Below are positions 40,137 through 47,765 of a stretch of 64,000 nucleotides of DNA, in pieces. A program made the position numbers and the translations under genes. The notes beneath the pieces were generated by a model, which worked only from the letters and a program-made list of their open reading frames with translations, did not search any database and was not told where the DNA came from. Position 1 is the stretch's first letter. Every line of letters begins with the position of its first letter. Source of the stretch: a virus (lineage: Duplodnaviria; Caudoviricetes); IMG/VR virus record IMGVR_UViG_3300002552_000444, positions 36,088-100,087 of that record, one strand, 5' to 3'.

Positions 40137-40451
40137 ATGGATATTGAAAATCAAACTAAAAAAAGGGGTCGTGGGCGTCCACAGCTAACTCCTGAGCAAA
40201 AAGAACAACGACGAATTAAAAATAACAAGCGCTCTAGTGAACATCACAAAAAGACTGGATATGCTGCTCAAAAAAAATATAAAGACGCCCACCCTGAAAC
40301 TTATAATTTCTATGAACCCGCCATTAGAATAGACAGAGTTTTTGAAAATGCTTTTATAAAATTATGCGAAAATGAGGAAAAATCACATTCCGAGATTTTT
40401 ATATACGCTATAGAAAAAGTTTTTGATATTACTCTATCTAAAAAAGATTGA
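40137..40451 (+). CDS. Small basic DNA-binding protein (AT-hook-like RGRGRP), leaderless
   Basis: TTGACT(40102)-17-TATAAT(40125)-6nt-ATG(40137). Confidence 0.7.
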   Translation: MDIENQTKKRGRGRPQLTPEQKEQRRIKNNKRSSEHHKKTGYAAQKKYKDAHPETYNFYEPAIRIDRVFENAFIKLCENEEKSHSEIFIYAIEKVFDITLSKKD

Positions 40452-40476
40452 CATCCATTTAAATTTATGTTATTAT
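40448..40476 (+). promoter_or_regulatory. sigmaA-type promoter
   Basis: TTGACA-17-TATTAT with extended TG. Confidence 0.7.
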
Positions 40477-40677
40477 CTAGGCGAACAATTGCTTCGTGGT
40501 TGTTGCGATTGTTCTCATGGTTTTCTGTTCCTAAAGCAGACGGTCTGGCACGACATCGTTAAGTCTGCCCACCCTTTGGGTGTTTTGATTGACCGACGGT
40601 CTCATGAATAACTGATATCATAAGACAGTCGGCACTTAGTCTTCTGTCTAACTTAATAAATTTTACAGGAGGCTTGT

Positions 40678-41115
40678 ATGCCAAAAAAAATGCCCCAATT
40701 TAAGAACACAAAAGAATTCTGGAAATGGTTTGACTCTATTAGAACATCTGAAAGTTATCATATCATAAACAAGAAAAGATTTGATAATGCCATTAGTGCA
40801 ATCAACACAATTTTCGCCTTAATCTCTGAATCAAACCCCAATAGAACAGCCATCTCGCTAAAGCAAGATGATTTATTGGGAACTGCTCTTGATATAGAAA
40901 TTATCACAGATGTTGCAATTATTGATGACCTCGAAACTTTTTGCAATGCTTTGCGCAAGGCTGATGTTTATGAAACTTGCAGTTTAACAAATGGAAAACA
41001 TTCAATCGGCATTAGTTTTGAAGATGTTTTTGACTTTGCACCACCAACTAACTCCCCTTTTCCTGAATATGAAAAAGGGCATGGTGAACCTGTTCTTGTT
41101 AAAAAACTGAAATAA
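40678..41115 (+). CDS. Hypothetical protein
   Basis: AGGAGG RBS; terminator hairpin at 41140-41168. Confidence 0.75.
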   Translation: MPKKMPQFKNTKEFWKWFDSIRTSESYHIINKKRFDNAISAINTIFALISESNPNRTAISLKQDDLLGTALDIEIITDVAIIDDLETFCNALRKADVYETCSLTNGKHSIGISFEDVFDFAPPTNSPFPEYEKGHGEPVLVKKLK

Positions 41116-41240
41116 ACTGAATCAAATAGCACTTTTATCGAAAGTGTCTTGTTTTCAAGACACTTTTTCAATTAGAAACCAACTTGGAGTCACGCAAAAT
41201 TTGTGTGACTTTTTTGCTGCCCTTTTGGGTGGAGGCTATC

Positions 41241-41567
41241 ATGAGAAAAAAGAAACATCAATACGATTGGGTCAGCATGACTGAAGTGAAAAAATTATTC
41301 AAGCAATCTTCTCACTTTAGTTTTGCACTTCGTAACATTTCAATCAACGGACAAAAGCGTGGGTGTAGCGGTTTTATTCTCAACAAACTAACAGGCAAAG
41401 TAGCCTACATAACTACTGAGCCGTTTTGGGACGGCGGGCTTTGGGGCAACTTGTCTCAAAGCATTATGATGAGAACTGCAAAGCACATAAAAGACTATTC
41501 TGGTGGCAACAACCAATGGCTAAGTTTTGAAAGTATCTTTGAGTTTGCAGAGCAACTAACCGCTTAA
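41241..41567 (+). CDS. Conserved-looking phage hypothetical protein
   Basis: GGAGG RBS; NGQKRGCSGFI...RTAKHIKDYSGG. Confidence 0.7.
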   Translation: MRKKKHQYDWVSMTEVKKLFKQSSHFSFALRNISINGQKRGCSGFILNKLTGKVAYITTEPFWDGGLWGNLSQSIMMRTAKHIKDYSGGNNQWLSFESIFEFAEQLTA

Positions 41568-41639
41568 TCAAAAGAGATTGCTATTCAAACTAGAGATAGT
41601 TTGACTGTGATAAAAAATCTAAAAAGGAGGATATGCAAA

Positions 41640-42032
41640 TTGAAAACAAAAATTCTAGGAAAGACATTTGTTGCAACATCATCAATTCCTGCTGATGACA
41701 TCAAATTGCTTGCAGAAAAGGCACCTGAAAAGCTGACGGTTCAAGATGACAAAGGCAATCATCTTTTTGCTGTTTCATTCAACGAAAAGCACAAAGGCAT
41801 CACACCGCAAGGCATTGCTTTTGATGGTATTTCTGACTGCGATCAAAAATTTGCAACGCTATCGGGAACTATTCCTGACACTGTTGATACAAAAGATGCT
41901 ATAGGACATGTCGCAGATTATCTCAGTGGCATCAGCAGTCATTTTGGAAAGTTGGAAAAAACAATTCCAGCTGCGGCAAGCGGTTTGAGAGAAAAACGCA
42001 AGAAAATTCTCGAAAACATCGAAAAAGTCTAA
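41640..42032 (+). CDS. Hypothetical protein heading the Ubl operon
   Basis: TTG start 9 nt after AGGAGG. Confidence 0.7.
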   Translation: MKTKILGKTFVATSSIPADDIKLLAEKAPEKLTVQDDKGNHLFAVSFNEKHKGITPQGIAFDGISDCDQKFATLSGTIPDTVDTKDAIGHVADYLSGISSHFGKLEKTIPAAASGLREKRKKILENIEKV

Positions 42033-42124
42033 TGCGCACTTGGCGAACGGGAGTCGTAGAATTATGCGGCTCTCGTTTATCGCCTAATCAAAAAAGAGCA
42101 AATCGCTCGAAGGAAAACAATAAA

Positions 42125-42367
42125 ATGATAACAGTAAAATTGAACACAGACTCTATAAGAGACAAAATGATTGTCTCTGAACTCGACAAAACTCCAAACT
42201 CGATTTTCTCAACTCTCGGAATCAACCCAAGTGGCTCAATGGTGAGCATTGACGGAAGAACTTTGGAGTCTCATGAACTGGACTTGACTTTCGAAGAACT
42301 GCATGTCAAAGCGGGCGCAACAACAAGTCTCAATTCCAATGTTAAGGCTGACGGCGGGACTAACTAA
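42125..42367 (+). CDS. Ubiquitin-like beta-grasp protein (Ubl)
   Basis: 80 aa from ATG 42125. IDGRTL...LDLTFEEL resembles the ubiquitin GKQL..GRTL segment; ends KADGG-TN; adjacent to E1 and JAB genes. Confidence 0.8.
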   Translation: MITVKLNTDSIRDKMIVSELDKTPNSIFSTLGINPSGSMVSIDGRTLESHELDLTFEELHVKAGATTSLNSNVKADGGTN

Positions 42368-42382
42368 AAACAAGGAGGCGAT

Positions 42383-43780
42383 ATGCCCGTGAATTTGAAA
42401 GACAATCTTCTTTTGAGTGACGATGTTGGCTATTTCTTTCATGATGGCTTTTCTTTTTCTAATGATGCCATGTTGAAAGTTGCGCTTAGGCATATCGCCA
42501 TCCGTCGCGCTCAAGATGACATTGAAAAAATTAAGCCAATCACTTTTCACTATTCGTCGTTCAACTACGGCAACAATATTGCCGTTCACATAGACGCTTA
42601 CAAAAACCACACTGAAAACATTTTCATTTTTGACAGGTCTTCCCTTCCTCAGCAAACCAGCCCTCTTCAAGAGGGCTGGGAGGAATTGCGTTATGAAAAA
42701 TATCCCATCTTAGAGTTTCTTTCAAAGGCAGCACCAACTTCAATCTATATCAACAAAGAGCTAGAAAAAGTGATTGTTTTTGTTGCGAAATTAAACGAAA
42801 AATGGGTGTCTAGTTTTTCATCTAGTCTGTTTCGAATTTTGACCTGGCTATTTCCAGACACACAGCCAGACGATGATGAACTCATCTTGTTCAAAGCTAT
42901 TTCAGAACGCAATCTTGACTCACTCGAAAAGCTGTCAAATGATGTTTGCAAGACAATCGACTTCGCAAAAGAAAAAAGGCAAAGAGAAACTGAACACTTC
43001 AAAAAAGACTTGCATGGTTGGGGTAGTGGCGCCTACTATTCCATGGTTCAAAACCTTGAAAATGGCGCTGGAAACACTAGGCAAAGCATCTCAGTCAAAA
43101 CTTCTGAACTTGCTAAACTCATTGAAACATTGAACGAGCAAACAATGCAACTAAATGCACTACGGAACAGTCCCCCACCAAACTCAGATGATGTCTTTGA
43201 GTTCTTTGATATGCATAGACAACTCACAACCTTGAAAGTCGAAAAAGACTATGACGGAAAGCATTTGTTCTATTTGATAAATGAAAAAATCGAATACTAC
43301 GATGTCGATGAGTTTGTCAAGCAATTCAAAAACAAACATTCAGATTTGAACAAAGCAAAGTTCTCAAGTGAGTTTCTCGAGATTGTCTATGGCTTATTTG
43401 CACTAGGAAAAGGCAGCGTCAAGACACGATGCGTTTTCAAGCTAACTGGAATATCCCAATTATACCCAGAGATGCACTGGAAGTATGGAGACACAAAAAT
43501 TCTTCCACATCCGCATCTTGACATGGGCGCATGTCTTGGGAGAAATTCATCTGCAATCGTCGCATATCTTGCTAATAGCAATTGGAGTCAAGCAGTATTG
43601 CAATCAATTGTAGCAACAAAAAACATCAACTTTCGTGACACACATGTGGTGATGAAAATGATGCGCTGGCTAAACAGCAAACTCAATTCAAAATCAAAAC
43701 TGATCGTTTCAGACAAAGGCATAGAAATGTCTTTGAGTGAATTTCATGCCTATCTAAAGGAGCTAACTAATAATGGCTAA
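42383..43780 (+). CDS. Coiled-coil protein with C-terminal E2-like domain
   Basis: PHPHL...ACLG resembles the E2 HP[NH]..CL active site; operon context. Confidence 0.65.
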   Translation: MPVNLKDNLLLSDDVGYFFHDGFSFSNDAMLKVALRHIAIRRAQDDIEKIKPITFHYSSFNYGNNIAVHIDAYKNHTENIFIFDRSSLPQQTSPLQEGWEELRYEKYPILEFLSKAAPTSIYINKELEKVIVFVAKLNEKWVSSFSSSLFRILTWLFPDTQPDDDELILFKAISERNLDSLEKLSNDVCKTIDFAKEKRQRETEHFKKDLHGWGSGAYYSMVQNLENGAGNTRQSISVKTSELAKLIETLNEQTMQLNALRNSPPPNSDDVFEFFDMHRQLTTLKVEKDYDGKHLFYLINEKIEYYDVDEFVKQFKNKHSDLNKAKFSSEFLEIVYGLFALGKGSVKTRCVFKLTGISQLYPEMHWKYGDTKILPHPHLDMGACLGRNSSAIVAYLANSNWSQAVLQSIVATKNINFRDTHVVMKMMRWLNSKLNSKSKLIVSDKGIEMSLSEFHAYLKELTNNG

Positions 43781-44498
43781 ACCAATAAATCTTCCTGCTG
43801 ACTATGTTGCAAAGCACATGGAAAAGGTTCGCAACGAGTTGTCAGGCAGAAACTACAAAATAGACAAATTAAAACTATCCATTCCACTCGAATCAGACGA
43901 TCGCCGCGCCATCGTTTATTTCACGCTGAAAGCGTGGACAAAGATGAACGCTCTAGTGAGAGATTTCAAGACAGAGGTTCAGTGGCATGGGATTGCCGAC
44001 AGGATTTGCGAAAATCAATTCATTGTTCAAGACCTTCTCATCTTCCCACACGAAGCGACTGAAGTGAGCGTAGTCTCAGACGCTATGGAATATAAAGAGT
44101 GGCGAGATAATTTGGATCTGGACACATTCACAAGACTTCGGTTTCATGGGCATAGCCATGTCAATATGCGAGTGATTCCGTCTCAAATTGACGATGAATA
44201 TCGCAGAGGAAAATTGAATAATTTTGCCAACCCAACTCAAGAAGACGATTATTTCTACATTTTCGCAATCCTCAACAAAAGGGGCGACATTGACTGTCAA
44301 ATCTATGACATCACAAACAATGCTAGATACGATGATAACGAAGTTTTCATTGACATCTTGCTCGAAGATGATTCTTATCTCAGCTCGTTTGTTGAAGAAG
44401 TGAGAGATGTTGTCAGAGAGCCAATTCCAAAAACCAAATCTATCGTCAACAATGCAAACCAAAAAACAATCAATTCAAATGTTAAGGAGGCTTCATGA
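43773..44498 (+). CDS. JAB/MPN (JAMM) metalloprotease
   Basis: EVQW.G plus HSH-VNMRVIP-S-QI-D = HxHx7Sx2D. Confidence 0.88.
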   Translation: MAKPINLPADYVAKHMEKVRNELSGRNYKIDKLKLSIPLESDDRRAIVYFTLKAWTKMNALVRDFKTEVQWHGIADRICENQFIVQDLLIFPHEATEVSVVSDAMEYKEWRDNLDLDTFTRLRFHGHSHVNMRVIPSQIDDEYRRGKLNNFANPTQEDDYFYIFAILNKRGDIDCQIYDITNNARYDDNEVFIDILLEDDSYLSSFVEEVRDVVREPIPKTKSIVNNANQKTINSNVKEAS

Positions 44499-45178
44499 AT
44501 TTAATCAAATCACAAGACTTTTTCAATCCTCTCGATGTCGATGGTCGTTGTCATATCATAGGCTGCGGCTCTGTTGGCTCGACTGTCGCTGAACTTCTCG
44601 CAAGACTTGGCATCACGAGAATTTCACTCTATGATTTCGACGATGTTGCGCCACACAATCTAGCAAATCAAATGTTCTATAATGAGGACATTAAACGAAA
44701 CAAGGTTGATGTCGTTAGCGAGATGATTTGCAAAATCAACCCTAATGCAGACAACGAAGTCCATGTGTTCCCTGACGGCTGGAGCAATACCGTCAGACTA
44801 AGTGGATATGTTTTTCTTTGTGTTGATAACATCGACCTTAGGCGCGAGATTGTGACACTCAACAAAATGAATGGTTCTATCAAAGCCATGTTTGATTTCA
44901 GGACTCGTCTTGAAGATGCCCAGCACTATGCCGCTGACTTTAGCGACCCCATGCAAGTTGAAAATCTCCTCAAGAGCATGGCGTTCACTCATGAAGAAGC
45001 AAAAGCTGAAACACCTCAAACTGCTTGCAATGTCGAGATGAGTGTTGCTCCAACTATCCGCATCATTTGTTCATATGGAGTTGCAAACTTCATGAATTTC
45101 ATTCGAAAAAAAGAAGACAAACCGCTCAAAAAAATCGTAACTATTGACGCATTTGACTTTCACATCATTGCAAACTAA
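44495..45178 (+). CDS. E1-like ThiF/MoeB adenylyltransferase
   Basis: IIGCGSVGS, DFDDV..HNLANQ, K, CVDN; candidate catalytic Cys in TACN. Confidence 0.92.
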   Translation: MNLIKSQDFFNPLDVDGRCHIIGCGSVGSTVAELLARLGITRISLYDFDDVAPHNLANQMFYNEDIKRNKVDVVSEMICKINPNADNEVHVFPDGWSNTVRLSGYVFLCVDNIDLRREIVTLNKMNGSIKAMFDFRTRLEDAQHYAADFSDPMQVENLLKSMAFTHEEAKAETPQTACNVEMSVAPTIRIICSYGVANFMNFIRKKEDKPLKKIVTIDAFDFHIIAN

Positions 45179-45220
45179 TAGCCCTTGACGAAAACATAAA
45201 GGGCATTTTGCAAATTAAAA

Positions 45221-45541
45221 AACTAACAAAGTTATACCTATTTTTTCTATATTTTAGGACTTTTGATTACATCAAAAGTATCATTTTGTGAAGATGATAA
45301 CGCAGCCAGCTACCGAATCCCATCAGAATGCCGTTCTTGGTCGCTCTGATTTTCGAACAAATGCTGTTGATTTGTCAGCAATCGACTTCTAATAAGAAGT
45401 GCGATTTAGATGTTGTTTTAGCGCTAAAGGTGCGATTTGGCTAAAGCATTATTTATTTTATCACCAAGTTCGGCTTCAGAACCCTTGTTGGCGTCGCCAT
45501 TGCCTCCTTCGTCTTCTTCATTTCATTCGTGTTTGTTAGTT
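45221..45541 (+). ncRNA. Retron-like msr-msd ncRNA, unit 1
   Basis: IR aactaacaaa (45221)/tttgttagtt (45532), G45231, hairpins ccta..tagg and acttttgat-tac-atcaaaagt. Confidence 0.8.
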
Positions 45542-45560
45542 ATATATTTCATCTAAAACA

Positions 45561-45846
45561 CCAATAAAGTTATTCTTAAATTTCCATTTTAAGGCTTTTG
45601 ATTACATCAAAAGTATCACATTGCAAGGATGAAAATCCCACCCGCTGGTCATGCACCGCTCTCTGCCACGAACTTAAGGTCAAGGTTTCTTGGCATTGCG
45701 AAGTGCGCTTACGCTTTGGTCGATGTCGATTCCCACTGTTTTTTCTTAACTTTTTCTTTAAGAAATTATCTAATAGGATTCCTTATCGGCTTGCCCAGAA
45801 GCGCTGAGTTTCTTCCTTCTGTCGTTTTTTCAATCATGTTTATTGG
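45561..45846 (+). ncRNA. Retron-like msr-msd ncRNA, unit 2
   Basis: IR ccaataaa (45561)/tttattgg (45839), G45569, hairpins cttaaa..tttaag and cttttgat-tac-atcaaaag. Confidence 0.8.
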
Positions 45847-45940
45847 ATGTAATCAGCACTTTTGTGTTGAATTTTTAATCAAAAAATTGGGAGGTAATTA
45901 TCATGAAAAAATTGTAAAACTATAAACCCTAAAAACTATT

Positions 45941-46226
45941 AACTAATAAAGAAATTCTTAAATACATTTTAAGGCTTTTGATGAAATCAAAAGTATCACA
46001 TTGCGAGGATGAAAACCTGCCTACAGGCATCGCTGGTCTTCAGGATAGCGCTTCCTTGTTGGGCTCGCGAACTCTTAGGCGTGGGTTACTCATTAGAAAA
46101 GGAACTGTTTTCCCTATTTCTATTTCGTTGAAGTTTAATATTTTTTTATAAATTCATCGTTACGACGGGTATCCTTCTGCCGCATTGGCCGCTGGTCAGT
46201 GCCAAGTTCAATCGTGTTTATTAGTT
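45941..46226 (+). ncRNA. Retron-like msr-msd ncRNA, unit 3
   Basis: IR aactaataaa (45941)/tttattagtt (46217), G45951, hairpins cttaaa..tttaag and cttttgat-gaa-atcaaaag. Confidence 0.82.
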
Positions 46227-46258
46227 TACTTACCTAATCTTTTGAAGGAGTAAAATCT

Positions 46259-47446
46259 ATGCCATTTATAACAATACCAACGACACCTAGAGAGTATCAA
46301 TACAGTTTCGATGACATTCTCTTTGGGATAAAAAAATCAGTCTTTGAAAGCCATCGAAACCAACAAGGAAACACTAGGACTGTCTTTAGAGAAGTCACTC
46401 CTAGTCGGCTCCTTGAATTCAATGACTTCCCGAAAATGTTGAGCGTGCTTGTTGACTTCAACAAAAAGCATGAGAACTTAATCAACATGAAAAACAAAGC
46501 AACTCTGTATGAGAGCTTCAAAATCAAAAAGAAAGGTGGCGGCGGACTAAGACAAATTGATGCACCTCTTGACGAATTAAAATGCGCGCTCCGCGAGTTG
46601 AAAGATATTCTCGAAACCACATTCCATGCGACCAATCACACAACTGCCTTTGCTTATATCAAAGGGCGCTCTACGCTTGATGCCGTCAAACGACATCAAA
46701 GTAACAACTCAAAATGGTTTTTGAAACTTGATTTCAAAAACTTTTTCGGCAGCACAACTCTTGATTTCGTCATGCGCCAACTAGAACACATATTCCCTTT
46801 CAACGAAGTCTTAAAATTGCAATGTGCGAAAGAGGAATTTCAAAAAGCATTGTCATTGGGATTCCTAAACGATGGACTCCCGCAAGGAACTCCGTTATCC
46901 CCTATTCTGACAAACATCATGATGATTCCGATTGACCATCATATCGCTACCATCATGCGAAAGCAAACCCCTCATATTGTCTACACACGATACGCTGATG
47001 ACCTTTTGTTGTCTGCTGATGTTTCGTTTAAGTTCCGCGGCATTGAATCGCTAGTCATGGATATTTTGAAAAATTATGATGCACCATTCACTCTCAAAGC
47101 GGAAAAAACAAGATACGCCTCGTCTTCTGGGCGCAACTGGAATCTCGGGGTTATGCTTAACAAGGATAATCAAATCACAATCGGACACCAAAAGAAAAAG
47201 CACTTCAAGGCAATGCTGTTCTCTCTCCACACCGACTACGAAAAGGGTGTTGTTTGGAGCATGAGCGATGCACGAGAGTTGCAGGGTCTTATTTCCTACT
47301 ACTCAAATGTCGAGAGTGAACAAATCAAAAAAATCATTGACGGCTATGACAAAAAATTCAACCGCAAAACAAAAGACATAATCAAAAACACACTTCGAGG
47401 ACTCATTCCTCGAAAGCAACAACCAAAAACGGCATATGCCGCTTAA
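46259..47446 (+). CDS. Retron-type reverse transcriptase
   Basis: KKKGGGGLRQIDAP, AFAY..GRS..DAVKRH (region X-like), KLDFKNFF, LPQGTPLSP.LTN, YTRYADD, NLG in place of VTG (region Y). No maturase or endonuclease domain. Confidence 0.92.
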   Translation: MPFITIPTTPREYQYSFDDILFGIKKSVFESHRNQQGNTRTVFREVTPSRLLEFNDFPKMLSVLVDFNKKHENLINMKNKATLYESFKIKKKGGGGLRQIDAPLDELKCALRELKDILETTFHATNHTTAFAYIKGRSTLDAVKRHQSNNSKWFLKLDFKNFFGSTTLDFVMRQLEHIFPFNEVLKLQCAKEEFQKALSLGFLNDGLPQGTPLSPILTNIMMIPIDHHIATIMRKQTPHIVYTRYADDLLLSADVSFKFRGIESLVMDILKNYDAPFTLKAEKTRYASSSGRNWNLGVMLNKDNQITIGHQKKKHFKAMLFSLHTDYEKGVVWSMSDARELQGLISYYSNVESEQIKKIIDGYDKKFNRKTKDIIKNTLRGLIPRKQQPKTAYAA

Positions 47447-47449
47447 ATC

Positions 47450-47743
47450 AAAAAGCAAATCGTAATTCTTTCATATTTTTTAATGAAAGGCATTGGATTA
47501 CATTCAATGTTCCATCTTGAGAGAGCGAAAGGCACGCAGCCAAGGAGAGCTGCATGTCATCCGTCCCGCGCTCAAGACACTGCTCTGCCTGCAAAGGTAT
47601 CGGTTTAATATTTAGTCCCCGACTTTATGTGCTATTTACAACGCCGACCTAAATCTTTCCCAAAGAACCAGCACGGTAGCCCGCTGAGTCAGGTGAGATT
47701 TGGATTCGCTGATGCAGTTTATTATTTGATGGATTTGCTTTTT
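47450..47743 (+). ncRNA. Retron-like msr-msd ncRNA, unit 4 (divergent, downstream of RT)
   Basis: 12-bp IR aaaaagcaaatc (47450)/gatttgcttttt (47732), G47462, hairpins ctttcat..atgaaag and cattgga-ttaca-ttcaatg. Confidence 0.72.
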
Positions 47744-47765
47744 AACTATTTAGGAGAAAACAAAA

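Noticed and set aside
42032-42124. N-terminal extension of the Ubl ORF
   Set aside because: The RBS supports ATG 42125, giving a typical 80-aa Ubl.
44495-45178. Thiamine or molybdopterin biosynthesis role for ThiF
   Set aside because: No pathway genes nearby; linked instead to JAB and E2-like genes.
45598-45925. ORF-track ORFs (69 and 98 aa) across unit 2, and a DRT2/Neo-like hidden ORF idea
   Set aside because: No convincing RBS and the reading frame is not conserved in other units; the antisense frames I translated for units 1-2 hit stops. Junction-spanning cDNA ORFs were not tested exhaustively.
45221-46226. CRISPR array interpretation of the repeated units
   Set aside because: Conserved parts are ~70 nt and imperfect, variable parts ~200 nt, each unit is closed by its own inverted repeat, and no cas genes are present.
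46259-47446. DGR or group II intron RT
   Set aside because: No TR/VR pair with adenine-specific differences seen, no Avd-like gene, no maturase or endonuclease domain; motifs and flanking RNAs are retron-like.
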